Positions 23,401 to 41,400 of a stretch of 64,000 bases of DNA are shown one piece after another; the stretch's first letter is position 1, and each line of letters starts with the position of its first letter. The notes beneath the pieces were generated by a model. It was not told the origin of the DNA. It did no database searches and saw nothing but the letters and a program-made list of their open reading frames with translations. A program made the translations under genes and the position numbers. Source of the stretch: Eledone cirrhosa (taxonomy: Eukaryota); assembly GCA_964016885.1 (NCBI GenBank), contig OZ024744.1:91326001-91390000 (forward strand), read 5' to 3'.

Positions 23401-26400
23401 TCATGAAACCAGTACTACTTTACATGATGTACTGGGTACATTTCATCATGAAACCAATACTACTTTACATGATGTACTGGGTACATTTCATCATGAAACC
23501 AGTACTACTTTACATGACGTACTGGGTACATTTCATCATGAAACCAGTATTACTTTACATGATGTGCTGGGTACATTTCATCATGAAACCAGTAATACTT
23601 TACATGATGTACTGGGTACATTTCATCATGAAACCAGTAATACTTTACATGATGTGCTGGGTACATTTCATCATGAAACCAGTACTACTTTACATGGTGT
23701 ACTGGGTACATTTCATCATGAAACCAGTACTACTTTACATGGTGTACTGGGTACATTCTATCATGAAACCAGTACTACTTTACATGATGTACTGGGTACA
23801 TTTCATCATGAAACCAGTACTACTTTACATGATATACTGGGTACATTTCATCATGAAACCAGTACTACTTTACATGATATACTGGGTACATTCTATCATG
23901 AAACCAGTACTACTTTACATGATGTACTGGGTACATTTTATCATGAAACCAGTACTACTTTACATGATGTACTGGGTACATTTCATCATGAAACCAGTAC
24001 TACTTTACATGATATACTGGGTACATTCTATCATGAAACCAGTACTACTTTACATGATGTACTGGGTACATTTCATCATGAAACCAATACTCCTTTACAT
24101 GATGTACTGGGTACATTTCATCATGAAACCAGTACTCCTTTACATGATGTACTGGGTACATTTCATCATGAAACCAGTACTACTTTACATGATGTACTGG
24201 GTACATTTCATCATGAAACCAGTACTACTTTACATGATGTACTGGGTACATTTCATCATGAAACCAGTATTACTTTACATGATGTACTGGGTACATTTCA
24301 TCATGAAACCAGTACTACTTTACATGATGTACTGGGTACATTTCATCATGAAACCAGTATTACTTTACATGATGTGCTGGGTACATTTCATCATGAAACC
24401 AGTACTACTTTACATGATGTACTGGGTACATTTCATCATGAAAGCAGTACTACCTTACATGATATACTGGGTACATTTCATCATGAAACCAGTACTACTT
24501 TACATGATATACTGGGTACATTTCATCATGAAACCAGTACTACTTTACATGATGTACTCTGTACATTTCATCATGAAACCAGTACTACTTTATATGATGT
24601 ACTAGGTACATTTCATCATGAAACCAGTACTACTTTATATGATGTACTAGGTATATTTCATCATGAAACCAGTACTACTTTACATGATGTACTGGGGACA
24701 TTTCATCATGAAACCAGTAATACGTTACATGATGTGCTGGGTACATTTCATCATGAAACCAGTAATACTTTACATGATGTACTGGGTACATTTCATCATG
24801 AAACCAGTAATACTTTACATGATGTGCAGGGTACATTTCATCATGAAACCAGTACTACTTTACATGGTGTACTGGGTACATTTCATCATGAAACCAGTAC
24901 TACTTTACATGGTGTACTGGGTACATTCTATCATGAAACCAGTACTACTTTACATGATGTACTGGGTACATTTCATCATGAAACCAGTACTACTTTACAT
25001 GATATACTGGGTACATTTCATCATGAAACCAGTACTACTTTACATGATATACTGGGTACATTCTATCATGAAACCAGTACTACTTTACATGATGTACTGG
25101 GTACATTTTATCATGAAACCAGTACTACTTTACATGATGTACTGGGTACATTTCATCATGAAACCAGTACTACTTTACATGATATACTGGGTACATTCTA
25201 TCATGAAACCAGTACTACTTTACATGATGTACTGGGTACATTTCATCATGAAACCAATACTCCTTTACATGATGTACTGGGTACATTTCATCATGAAACC
25301 AGTACTCCTTTACATGATGTACTGGGTACATTTCATCATGAAACCAGTACTACTTTACATGATGTACTGGGTACATTTCATCATGAAACCAGTACTACGT
25401 TACATGATGTACTGGGTACATTTCATCATGAAACCAGTACTACGTTACATGATGTCCTGGGTACATTTCATCATGAAACCAGTACTACTTTACATGATGT
25501 ACTGGGTACATTTCATCATGAAACCAGTACTACGTTACATGATGTCCTGGGTACATTTCATCATGAAACCAGTACTATGTTACATGATGTACTGGGTACA
25601 TTTCATCATGAAACCAGTACTACGTTACATGATGTACTGGGTACATTTCATCATGAAACCAGTACTACTTTACATGATGTACTGGGTACATTTCATCATG
25701 AAACCAGTACTATGTTACATGATGTACTGGGTACATTTCATCATGAAACCAGTACTACTTTACATGATGTACTGAGTACATTTCATCATGAAACCAGTAC
25801 TACTTTACATGATGTACTGGGTACATTTCATCATGAAACCAGTACTACTTTACATGATGTACTGGGTACATTTTATCATGAAACCAGTACTACTTTACAC
25901 GATGTACTGGGTACATTTCATCATGAAACCAGTAATACTTTACATGATGTGCTGGGTACATTTCATCATGAAACCAGTACTACTTTACATGATGTACTGG
26001 GTACATTTCATCATGAAACCAGTACTACTTTACATGATATACTGGGTACATTTCATCATGAAAGCAATACTACTTTACATGATGTACTGGGTACATTTCA
26101 TCATGAAACCAGTACTACTTTACATGATGTACTGGGTACATTTCATCATGAAACCAGTATTACTTTACATGATGTGCTGGGTACATTTCATCATGAAACC
26201 AGTACTACTTTACATGATGTACTGGGTACATTTCATCATGAAACCAATACTACTTTACATGATGTACTGGGTACATTTCATCATGAAACCAGTACTACTT
26301 TACATGATGTACTGGGTACATTTCATCATGAAACCAGTATTACTTTACATGATGTGCTGGGTACATTTCATCATGAAACCAGTACTACTTTACATGATGT

Positions 26401-29400
26401 ACTCTGTACATTTCAGCATGAAACCAGTACTACTTTACATGATGTACTGGGTACATTTCATCATGAAACCAGTACTACGTTACATGATGTACTGGGTACA
26501 TTTCATCATGAAACCAGTACTACTTTACATGATGTGCTGGGTACATTTCATCATGAAACCAGTACTACTTTACATGATGTGCTGGGTACATTTCATCATG
26601 AAACCAATACTCCTTTACATGATGTACTGGGTACATTTCATCATGAAACCAGTACTACTTTACATGATGTACTGGGTACATTTCATCATGAAACCAGTAC
26701 TACTTTACATGATGTACTGGGTACATTTCATCATGAAACCAGTACTACTTTACATGATGTACTGGGTACATTTCATCATGAAATCAATACTCCTTTACAT
26801 GATGTACTGGGTACATTTCATCATGAAACCAGTACTACTTTACATGATGTACTGGGTACATTTCATCATGAAACCAGTACTACTTTACATGATGTACTCT
26901 GTACATTTCAGCATGAAACCAGTACTACTTTACACGATGTACTGGGTACATTTCATCATGAAACCAGTACTACTGTACATGATGTACTGGGTACATTTCA
27001 TCATGAAACCAGTACTACTTTACATGATGTACTGGGTACATTTCATCATGAAACCATTAATACTTTACATGATGTACTGGGTACATTTCATCATGAAACC
27101 AGTGCTACTTTACATGATGTACTGGGTAGATTTCATCATGAAACCAGTACTACTTTACATGATGTACTGGGTACATTTCATCATGAAAGCAGTACTACCT
27201 TACATGATATACTGGGTACATTTCATCATGAAACCAGTACTACTTTACATGATATACTGGGTACATTTCATCATGAAACCAGTACTACTTTACATGATGT
27301 ACTCTGTACATTTCATCATGAAACCAGTACTACTTTATATGATGTACTAGGTACATTTCATCATGAAACCAGTACTACTTTATATGATGTACTAGGTATA
27401 TTTCATCATGAAACCAGTACTACTTTACATGATGTACTGGGGACATTTCATCATGAAACCAGTAATACTTTACATGATGTGCTGGGTACATTTCATCATG
27501 AAACCAGTAATACTTTACATGATGTACTGGGTACATTTCATCATGAAACCAGTAATACTTTACATGATGTGCTGGGTACATTTCATCATGAAACCAGTAC
27601 TACTTTACATGGTGTACTGGGTACATTTCATCATGAAACCAGTACTACTTTACATGGTGTACTGGGTACATTCTATCATGAAACCAGTACTACTTTACAT
27701 GATGTACTGGGTACATTTCATCATGAAACCAGTACTACTTTACATGATATACTGGGTACATTTCATCATGAAACCAGTACTACTTTACATGATATACTGG
27801 GTACATTCTATCATGAAACCAGTACTACTTTACATGATGTACTGGGTACATTTTATCATGAAACCAGTACTACTTTACATGATGTACTGGGTACATTTCA
27901 TCATGAAACCAGTACTACTTTACATGATATACTGGGTACATTCTATCATGAAACCAGTACTACTTTACATGATGTACTGGGTACATTTCATCATGAAACC
28001 AATACTCCTTTACATGATGTACTGGGTACATTTCATCATGAAACCAGTACTCCTTTACATGATGTACTGGGTACATTTCATCATGAAACCAGTACTACTT
28101 TACATGATGTACTGGGTACATTTCATCATGAAACCAGTACTACGTTACATGATGTACTGGGTACATTTCATCATGAAACCAGTACTACGTTACATGATGT
28201 CCTGGGTACATTTCACATGAAACCAGTACTACGTTACATGATGTACTGGGTACATTTCATCATGAAACCAGTACTACTTTACATGATGTGCTGGGTACAT
28301 TTCATCATGAAACCAGTACTACTTTACATGATGTGCTGGGTACATTTCATCATGAAACCAATACTCCTTTACATGATGTACTGGGTACATTTCATCATGA
28401 AACCAGTACTACTTTACATGATGTACTGGGTACATTTCATCATGAAACCAGTACTACTTTACATGATGTACTGGGTACATTTCATCATGAAACCAGTACT
28501 ACTTTACATGATGTACTGGGTACATTTCATCATGAAATCAATACTCCTTTACATGATGTACTGGGTACATTTCATCATGAAACCAGTACTACTTTACATG
28601 ATGTACTGGGTACATTTCATCATGAAACCAGTACTACTTTACATGATGTACTCTGTACATTTCAGCATGAAACCAGTACTACTTTACACGATGTACTGGG
28701 TACATTTCATCATGAAACCAGTACTACTGTACATGATGTACTGGGTACATTTCATCATGAAACCAGTACTACTTTACATGATGTACTGGGTACATTTCAT
28801 CATGAAACCAGTAATACTTTACATGATGTACTGGGTACATTTCATCATGAAACCAGTGCTACTTTACATGATGTACTGGGTAGATTTCATCATGAAACCA
28901 GTACTACTTTACATGATGTACTGGGTACATTTCATCATGAAAGCAGTACTACCTTACATGATATACTGGGTACATTTCATCATGAAACCAGTACTACTTT
29001 ACATGATATACTGGGTACATTTCATCATGAAACCAGTACTACTTTACATGATGTACTCTGTACATTTCATCATGAAACCAGTACTACTTTATATGATGTA
29101 CTAGGTACATTTCATCATGAAACCAGTACTACTTTATATGATGTACTAGGTATATTTCATCATGAAACCAGTACTACTTTACATGATGTACTGGGGACAT
29201 TTCATCATGAAACCAGTAATACTTTACATGATGTGCTGGGTACATTTCATCATGAAACCAGTAATACTTTACATGATGTACTGGGTACATTTCATCATGA
29301 AACCAGTAATACTTTACATGATGTGCTGGGTACATTTCATCATGAAACCAGTACTACTTTACATGGTGTACTGGGTACATTTCATCATGAAACCAGTACT

Positions 29401-32400
29401 ACTTTACATGGTGTACTGGGTACATTCTATCATGAAACCAGTACTACTTTACATGATGTACTGGGTACATTTCATCATGAAACCAGTACTACTTTACATG
29501 ATATACTGGGTACATTTCATCATGAAACCAGTACTACTTTACATGATATACTGGGTACATTCTATCATGAAACCAGTACTACTTTACATGATGTACTGGG
29601 TACATTTTATCATGAAACCAGTACTACTTTACATGATGTACTGGGTACATTTCATCATGAAACCAGTACTACTTTACATGATATACTGGGTACATTCTAT
29701 CATGAAACCAGTACTACTTTACATGATATACTGGGTACATTTCATCATGAAACCAGTACTACTTTACATGATGTACTCTGTACATTTCATCATGAAACCA
29801 GTACTACTTTATATGATGTACTAGGTACATTTCATCATGAAACCAGTACTACTTTATATGATGTACTAGGTATATTTCATCATGAAACCAGTACTACTTT
29901 ACATGATGTACTGGGGACATTTCATCATGAAACCAGTAATACTTTACATGATGTGCTGGGTACATTTCATCATGAAACCAGTACTACTTTACATGATATA
30001 CTGGGTACATTTCATCATGAAACCAGTACTACTTTACATGATGTACTCTGTACATTTCATCATGAAACCAGTACTACTTTATATGATGTACTAGGTACAT
30101 TTCATCATGAAACCAGTACTACTTTATATGATGTACTAGGTATATTTCATCATGAAACCAGTACTACTTTACATGATGTACTGGGGACATTTCATCATGA
30201 AACCAGTAATACTTTACATGATGTGCTGGGTACATTTCATCATGAAACCAGTAATACTTTACATGATGTACTGGGTACATTTCATCATGAAACCAGTAAT
30301 ACTTTACATGATGTGCTGGGTACATTTCATCATGAAACCAGTACTACTTTACATGGTGTACTGGGTACATTTCATCATGAAACCAGTACTACTTTACATG
30401 GTGTACTGGGTACATTCTATCATGAAACCAGTACTACTTTACATGATGTACTGGGTACATTTCATCATGAAACCAGTACTACTTTACATGATATACTGGG
30501 TACATTTCATCATGAAACCAGTACTACTTTACATGATATACTGGGTACATTCTATCATGAAACCAGTACTACTTTACATGATGTACTGGGTACATTTTAT
30601 CATGAAACCAGTACTACTTTACATGATGTACTGGGTACATTTCATCATGAAACCAGTACTACTTTACATGATATACTGGGTACATTCTATCATGAAACCA
30701 GTACTACTTTACATGATGTACTGGGTACATTTCATCATGAAACCAATACTCCTTTACATGATGTACTGGGTACATTTCATCATGAAACCAGTACTCCTTT
30801 ACATGATGTACTGGGTACATTTCATCATGAAACCAGTACTACTTTACATGATGTACTGGGTACATTTCATCATGAAACCAGTACTACGTTACATGATGTA
30901 CTGGGTACATTTCATCATGAAACCAGTACTACGTTACATGATGTCCTGGGTACATTTCACATGAAACCAGTACTACGTTACATGATGTACTGGGTACATT
31001 TCATCATGAAACCAGTACTACTTTACATGATGTGCTGGGTACATTTCATCATGAAACCAGTACTACTTTACATGATGTGCTGGGTACATTTCATCATGAA
31101 ACCAATACTCCTTTACATGATGTACTGGGTACATTTCATCATGAAACCAGTACTACTTTACATGATGTACTGGGTACATTTCATCATGAAACCAGTACTA
31201 CTTTACATGATGTACTGGGTACATTTCATCATGAAACCAGTACTACTTTACATGATGTACTGGGTACATTTCATCATGAAATCAATACTCCTTTACATGA
31301 TGTACTGGGTACATTTCATCATGAAACCAGTACTACTTTACATGATGTACTGGGTACATTTCATCATGAAACCAGTACTACTTTACATGATGTACTCTGT
31401 ACATTTCAGCATGAAACCAGTACTACTTTACACGATGTACTGGGTACATTTCATCATGAAACCAGTACTACTGTACATGATGTACTGGGTACATTTCATC
31501 ATGAAACCAGTACTACTTTACATGATGTACTGGGTACATTTCATCATGAAACCAGTAATACTTTACATGATGTACTGGGTACATTTCATCATGAAACCAG
31601 TGCTACTTTACATGATGTACTGGGTAGATTTCATCATGAAACCAGTACTACTTTACATGATGTACTGGGTACATTTCATCATGAAAGCAGTACTACCTTA
31701 CATGATATACTGGGTACATTTCATCATGAAACCAGTACTACTTTACATGATATACTGGGTACATTTCATCATGAAACCAGTACTACTTTACATGATGTAC
31801 TCTGTACATTTCATCATGAAACCAGTACTACTTTATATGATGTACTAGGTACATTTCATCATGAAACCAGTACTACTTTATATGATGTACTAGGTATATT
31901 TCATCATGAAACCAGTACTACTTTACATGATGTACTGGGGACATTTCATCATGAAACCAGTAATACTTTACATGATGTGCTGGGTACATTTCATCATGAA
32001 ACCAGTAATACTTTACATGATGTACTGGGTACATTTCATCATGAAACCAGTAATACTTTACATGATGTGCTGGGTACATTTCATCATGAAACCAGTACTA
32101 CTTTACATGGTGTACTGGGTACATTTCATCATGAAACCAGTACTACTTTACATGGTGTACTGGGTACATTCTATCATGAAACCAGTACTACTTTACATGA
32201 TGTACTGGGTACATTTCATCATGAAACCAGTACTACTTTACATGATATACTGGGTACATTTCATCATGAAACCAGTACTACTTTACATGATATACTGGGT
32301 ACATTCTATCATGAAACCAGTACTACTTTACATGATGTACTGGGTACATTTTATCATGAAACCAGTACTACTTTACATGATGTACTGGGTACATTTCATC

Positions 32401-35400
32401 ATGAAACCAGTACTACTTTACATGATATACTGGGTACATTCTATCATGAAACCAGTACTACTTTACATGATGTACTGGGTACATTTCATCATGAAACCAA
32501 TACTCCTTTACATGATGTACTGGGTACATTTCATCATGAAACCAGTACTCTTTTACATGATGTACTCGGTACATTTCATCATGAAACCAGTACTACTTTA
32601 CATGATGTACTGGGTACATTTCATCATGAAACCAGTACTACGTTACATGATGTACTGGGTACATTTCATCATGAAACCAGTACTACGTTACATGATGTCC
32701 TGGGTACATTTCATCATGAAACCAGTACTATGTTACATGATGTACTGGGTACATTTCATCATGAAACCAGTACTACGTTACATGATGTACTGGGTACATT
32801 TCATCATGAAACCAGTACTACTTTACATGATGTACTGGGTACATTTCATCATGAAACCAGTACTATGTTACATGATGTACTGGGTACATTTCATCATGAA
32901 ACCAGTACTACTTTACATGATGTACTGGGTACATTTCATCATGAAACCAGTACTACTTTACATGATGTACTGGGTACATTTCATCATGAAACCAGTACTA
33001 CTTTACATGATGTACTGGGTACATTTTATCATGAAACCAGTACTACTTTACACGATGTACTGGGTACATTTCATCATGAAACCAGTAATACTTTACATGA
33101 TGTGCTGGGTACATTTCATCATGAAACCAGTACTACTTTACATGATGTACTGGGTACATTTCATCATGAAACCAGTACTACTTTACATGATATACTGGGT
33201 ACATTTCATCATGAAACCAATACTACTTTACATGATGTACTGGGTACATTTCATCATGAAACCAGTACTACTTTACATGATGTACTGGGTACATTTCATC
33301 ATGAAACCAGTATTACTTTACATGATGTGCTGGGTACATTTCATCATGAAACCAGTACTACTTTACATGATGTACTCTGTACATTTCAGCATGAAACCAG
33401 TACTACTTTACATGATGTACTGGGTACATTTCATCATGAAACCAGTACTACGTTACATGATGTACTGGGTACATTTCATCATGAAACCAGTACTACTTTA
33501 CATGATGTGCTGGGTACATTTCATCATGAAACCAGTACTACTTTACATGATGTGCTGGGTACATTTCATCATGAAACCAATACTCCTTTACATGATGTAC
33601 TGGGTACATTTCATCATGAAACCAGTACTACTTTACATGATGTACTGGGTACATTTCATCATGAAACCAGTACTACTTTACATGATGTACTGGGTACATT
33701 TCATCATGAAATCAATACTCCTTTACATGATGTACTGGGTACATTTCATCATGAAACCAGTACTACTTTACATGATGTACTGGGTACATTTCATCATGAA
33801 ATCAGTACTACTTTACATGATGTACTCTGTACATTTCAGCATGAAACCAGTACTACTTTACACGATGTACTGGGTACATTTCATCATGAAACCAGTACTA
33901 CTGTACATGATGTACTGGGTACATTTCATCATGAAACCAGTACTACTTTACATGATGTACTGGGTACATTTCATCATGAAACCAGTAATAGTTTACATGA
34001 TGTACTGGGTACATTTCATCATGAAACCAGTGCTACTTTACATGATGTACTGGGTAGATTTCATCATGAAACCAGTACTACTTTACATGATGTACTGGGT
34101 ACATTTCATCATGAAAGCAGTACTACCTTACATGATATACTGGGTACATTTCATCATGAAACCAGTACTACTTTACATGATATACTGGGTACATTTCATC
34201 ATGAAACCAGTACTACTTTACATGATGTACTCTGTACATTTCATCATGAAACCAGTACTACTTTATATGATGTACTAGGTACATTTCATCATGAAACCAG
34301 TACTACTTTACATGGTGTACTGGGTACATTTCATCATGAAACCAGTACTACTTTACATGGTGTACTGGGTACATTCTATCATGAAACCAGTACTACTTTA
34401 CATGATGTACTGGGTACATTTCATCATGAAACCAGTACTACTTTACATGATATACTGGGTACATTTCATCATGAAACCAGTACTACTTTACATGATATAC
34501 TGGGTACATTCTATCATGAAACCAGTACTACTTTACATGATGTACTGGGTACATTTTATCATGAAACCAGTACTACTTTACATGATGTAATGGGTACATT
34601 TCATCATGAAACCAGTACTACTTTACATGATATACTGGGTACATTCTATCATGAAACCAATACTACTTTACATGATGTACTGGGTACATTTCATCATGAA
34701 ACCAATACTCCTTTACATGATGTACTGGGTACATTTCATCATGAAACCAGTACTCCTTTACATGATGTACTGGGTACATTTCATCATGAAACCAGTACTA
34801 CTTTACATGATGTACTGGGTACATTTCATCATGAAACCAGTACTACGTTACTTGATGTACTGGGTACATTTCATCATGAAACCAGTACTACGTTACATGA
34901 TGTCCTGGGTACATTTCATCATGAAACCAGTACTACTTTACATGATGTACTGGGTACATTTCATCATGAAACCAGTACTACGTTACATGATGTACTGGGT
35001 ACATTTCATCATGAAACCAGTACTACTTTACATGATGTACTGGGTACATTTCATCATGAAACCAGTACTATGTTACATGATGTACTGGGTACATTTCATC
35101 ATGAAACCAGTACTACTTTACATGATGTACTGGGTACATTTCATCATGAAACCAGTGCTACTTTACATGATGTACTGGGTACATTTCATCATGAAACCAG
35201 TACTACTTTACATGATGTCCTGGGTACATTTCATCATGAAACCAGTACTACTTTACATGATGTACTGGGTACATTTCATCATGAAACCAGTACTACTTTA
35301 CATGATGTACTGGGTACATTTCATCATGGAACCAGTACTACTTTACATGATGTACTGGGTACATTTCATCATGAAACCAGTACTACTTTACATGATGTAC

Positions 35401-38400
35401 TGGGTACATTTCATCATGAAACCAGTACTACTTTACATGATGTACTGGGTTCATTTCATCATGAAACCAGTACTACTTTACATGATGTACTGGGTACATT
35501 TCATCATGAAACCAGTACTACTTTACATGATGTACTGGGTACATTTCATCATGAAACCAGTACTACTTTACATGATGTACTGGGTTCATTTCATCATGAA
35601 ACCAGTACTACGTTACATGATGTACTGGGTACATTTCATCATGGAACCAGTACTACTTTACATGATGTACTGGGTACATTTCATCATGGAACCAGTACTA
35701 CTTTACATGATGTACTGGGTACATTTCATCATGAAACCAATACTACTTTACATGATGTACTGGGTACATTTCATCATGAAACCAGTACTACTTTACATGA
35801 TGTACTGGGTACATTTCATCATGAAACCAGTATTACTTTACATGATGTGCTGGGTACATTTCATCATGAAACCAGTACTACTTTACATGATGTACTGGGT
35901 ACATTTCATCATGAAACCAGTATTACTTTACATGATGTACTGGGTACATTTCATCATGAAACCAGTACTACTTTACATGATGTACTGGGTACATTTCATC
36001 ATGAAACCAGTATTACTTTACATGATGTGCTGGGTACATTTCATCATGAAACCAGTACTACTTTACATGATATACTGGGTACATTCTATCATGAAACCAG
36101 TACTACTTTACATGATGTACTGGGTACATTTCATCATGAAACCAATACTCCTTTACATGATGTACTGGGTACATTTCATCATGAAACCAGTACTCCTTTA
36201 CATGATGTACTGGGTACATTTCATCATGAAACCAGTACTACTTTACATGATGTACTGGGTACATTTCATCATGAAACCAGTACTACTTTACATGATGTAC
36301 TGGGTACATTTCATCATGAAACCAGTATTACTTTACATGATGTACTGGGTACATTTCATCATGAAACCAGTACTACTTTACATGATGTACTGGGTACATT
36401 TCATCATGAAACCAGTATTACTTTACATGATGTGCTGGGTACATTTCATCATGAAACCAGTACTACTTTACATGATGTACTGGGTACATTTCATCATGAA
36501 ACCAATACTCCTTTACATGATGTACTGGGTACATTTCATCATGAAACCAGTACTACTTTACATGATGTACTGGGTACATTTCATCATGAAACCAGTACTA
36601 CTTTACATGATGTACTCTGTACATTTCAGCATGAAACCAGTACTACTTTACACGATGTACTGGGTACATTTCATCATGAAACCAGTACTACTGTACATGA
36701 TGTACTGGGTACATTTCATCATGAAACCAGTACTACTTTACATGATGTACTGGGTACATTTCATCATGAAACCAGTACTACTTTACATGATGTACTGGGT
36801 ACATTTCATCATGAAAGCAGTACTACCTTACATGATATACTGGGTACATTTCATCATGAAACCAGTACTACTTTACATGATATACTGGGTACATTTCATC
36901 ATGAAACCAGTACTACTTTACATGATGTACTCTGTACATTTCATCATGAAACCAGTACTACTTTATATGATGTACTAGGTACATTTCATCATGAAACCAG
37001 TACTACTTTATATGATGTACTAGGTATATTTCATCATGAAACCAGTACTACTTTACATGATGTACTGGGGACATTTCATCATGAAACCAGTAATACGTTA
37101 CATGATGTGCTGGGTACATTTCATCATGAAACCAGTAATACTTTACATGATGTACTGGGTACATTTCATCATGAAACCAGTAATACTTTACATGATGTGC
37201 TGGGTACATTTCATCATGAAACCAGTACTACTTTACATGGTGTACTGGGTACATTTCATCATGAAACCAGTACTACTTTACATGGTGTACTGGGTACATT
37301 CTATCATGAAACCAGTACTACTTTACATGATGTACTGGGTACATTTCATCATGAAACCAGTACTACTTTACATGATATACTGGGTACATTTCATCATGAA
37401 ACCAGTACTACTTTACATGATATACTGGGTACATTCTATCATGAAACCAGTACTACTTTACATGATGTACTGGGTACATTTTATCATGAAACCAGTACTA
37501 CTTTACATGATGTACTGGGTACATTTCATCATGAAACCAGTACTACTTTACATGATATACTGGGTACATTCTATCATGAAACCAGTACTACTTTACATGA
37601 TGTACTGGGTACATTTCATCATGAAACCAATACTCCTTTACATGATGTACTGGGTACATTTCATCATGAAACCAGTACTCCTTTACATGATGTACTGGGT
37701 ACATTTCATCATGAAACCAGTACTACTTTACATGATGTACTGGGTACATTTCATCATGAAACCAGTACTACGTTACATGATGTACTGGGTACATTTCATC
37801 ATGAAACCAGTACTACGTTACATGATGTCCTGGGTACATTTCATCATGAAACCAGTACTACTTTACATGATGTACTGGGTACATTTCATCATGAAACCAG
37901 TACTACGTTACATGATGTACTGGGTACATTTCATCATGAAACCAGTACTACGTTACATGATGTCCTGGGTACATTTCATCATGAAACCAGTACTATGTTA
38001 CATGATGTACTGGGTACATTTCATCATGAAACCAGTACTACGTTACATGATGTACTGGGTACATTTCATCATGAAACTAGTACTACTTTACATGATGTAC
38101 TGGGTACATTTCATCATGAAACCAGTACTATGTTACATGATGTACTGGGTACATTTCATCATGAAACCAGTACTACTTTACATGATGTACTGGGTACATT
38201 TCATCATGAAACCAGTACTACTTTACATGATGTACTGGGTACATTTCATCATGAAACCAGTACTACTTTACATGATGTGCTGGGTACATTTCATCATGAA
38301 ACCAGTACTACTTTACATGATGTACTCTGTACATTTCAGCATGAAACCAGTACTACTTTACATGATGTACTGGGTACATTTCATCATGAAACCAGTACTA

Positions 38401-41400
38401 CGTTACATGATGTACTGGGTACATTTCATCATGAAACCAGTACTACTTTACATGATGTGCTGGGTACATTTCATCATGAAACCAGTACTACTTTACATGA
38501 TGTGCTGGGTACATTTCATCATGAAACCAATACTCCTTTACATGATGTACTGGGTACATTTCATCATGAAACCAGTACTACTTTACATGATGTAATGGGT
38601 ACATTTCATCATGAAACCAGTACTACTTTACATGATGTACTGGGTACATTTCATCATGAAACCAGTACTACTTTACATGATGTACTGGGTACATTTCATC
38701 ATGAAATCAATACTCCTTTACATGATGTACTGGGTACATTTCATCATGAAACCAGTACTACTTTACATGATATACTGGGTACATTTCATCATGAAACCAG
38801 TACTACTTTACATGATGTACTGGGTACATTTCATCATGAAACCAATACTACTTTACATGATGTACTGGGTACATTTCATCATGAAACCAGTACTACTTTA
38901 CATGATGTGCTGGGTACATTTCATCATGAAACCAATACTCCTTTACATGATGTACTGGGTACATTTCATCATGAAACCAGTACTACTTTACATGATGTAC
39001 TGGGTACATTTCATCATGAAACCAGTAATACTTTACATGATGTACTGGGTACATTTCATCATGAAACCAGTGCTACTTTACATGATGTACTGGGTAGATT
39101 TCATCATGAAACCAGTACTACTTTACATGATGTACTGGGTACATTTCATCATGAAAGCAGTACTACCTTACATGATATACTGGGTACATTTCATCATGAA
39201 ACCAGTACTACTTTACATGATATACTGGGTACATTTCATCATGAAACCAGTACTACTTTACATGATGTACTCTGTACATTTCACCATGAAACCAGTACTA
39301 CTTTATATGATGTACTAGGTACATTTCATCATGAAACCAGTACTACTTTATATGATGTACTAGGTATATTTCATCATGAAACCAGTACTACTTTACATGA
39401 TGTACTGGGGACATTTCATCATGAAACCAGTAATACTTTACATGATGTGCTGGGTACATTTCATCATGAAACCAGTAATACTTTACATGATGTACTGGGT
39501 ACATTTCATCATGAAACCAGTAATACTTTACATGATGTGCTGGGTACATTTCATCATGAAACCAGTACTACTTTACATGGTGTACTGGGTACATTTCATC
39601 ATGAAACCAGTACTACTTTACATGGTGTACTGGGTACATTCTATCATGAAACCAGTACTACTTTACATGATGTACTGGGTACATTTCATCATGAAACCAG
39701 TACTACTTTACATGATATACTGGGTACATTTCATCATGAAACCAGTACTACTTTACATGATATACTGGGTACATTCTATCATGAAACCAGTACTACTTTA
39801 CATGATGTACTGGGTACATTTCATCATGAAACCAGTACTACTTTACATGATATACTGGGTACATTCTATCATGAAACCAGTACTACTTTACATGATGTAC
39901 TGGGTACATTTCATCATGAAACCAATACTCCTTTACATGATGTACTGGGTACATTTCATCATGAAACCAGTACTCCTTTACATGATGTACTGGGTACATT
40001 TCATCATGAAACCAGTACTACTTTACATGATGTACTGGGTACATTTCATCATGAAACCAGTACTACGTTACATGATGTACTGGGTACATTTCATCATGAA
40101 ACCAGTACTACGTTACATGATGTCCTGGGTACATTTCATCATGAAACCAGTACTACGTTACATGATGTACTGGGTACATTTCATCATGAAACCAGTACTA
40201 CTTTACATGATGTGCTGGGTACATTTCATCATGAAACCAGTACTGCTTTACATGATGTGCTGGGTACATTTCATCATGAAACCAATACTCCTTTACATGA
40301 TGTACTGGGTACATTTCATCATGAAACCAGTACTACTTTACATGATGTACTGGGTACATTTCATCATGAAACCAGTACTACTTTACATGATGTACTGAGT
40401 ACATTTCATCATGAAACCAGTACTACTTTACATGATGTACTGGGTACATTTCATCATGAAATCAATACTCCTTTACATGATGTACTGGGTACATTTCATC
40501 ATGAAACCAGTACTACTTTACATGATGTACTGGGTACATTTCATCATGAAACCAGTACTACTTTACATGATGTACTCTGTACATTTCAGCATGAAACCAG
40601 TACTACTTTACACGATGTACTGGGTACATTTCATCATGAAACCAGTACTACTGTACATGATGTACTGGGTACATTTCATCATGAAACCAGTACTACTTTA
40701 CATGATGTACTGGGTACATTTCATCATGAAACCAGTAATACTTTACATGATGTACTGGGTACATTTCATCATGAAACCAGTGCTACTTTACATGATGTAC
40801 TGGGTAGATTTCATCATGAAACCAGTACTACTTTACATGATGTACTGGGTACATTTCATCATGAAAGCAGTACTACCTTACATGATATACTGGGTACATT
40901 TCATCATGAAACCAGTACTACTTTACATGATATACTGGGTACATTTCATCATGAAACCAGTACTACTTTACATGATGTACTCTGTACATTTCATCATGAA
41001 ACCAGTACTACTTTATATGATGTACTAGGTACATTTCATCATGAAACCAGTACTACTTTATATGATGTACTAGGTATATTTCATCATGAAACCAGTACTA
41101 CTTTACATGATGTACTGGGGACATTTCATCATGAAACCAGTAATACTTTACATGATGTGCTGGGTACATTTCATCATGAAACCAGTACTACTTTACATGA
41201 TGTACTGGGTACATTTCATCATGAAACCAATACTCCTTTACATGATGTACTGGGTACATTTCATCATGAAACCAGTACTCCTTTACATGATGTACTGGGT
41301 ACATTTCATCATGAAACCAGTACTACTTTACATGATGTACTGGGTACATTTCATCATGAAACCAGTACTACGTTACATGATGTACTGGGTACATTTCATC

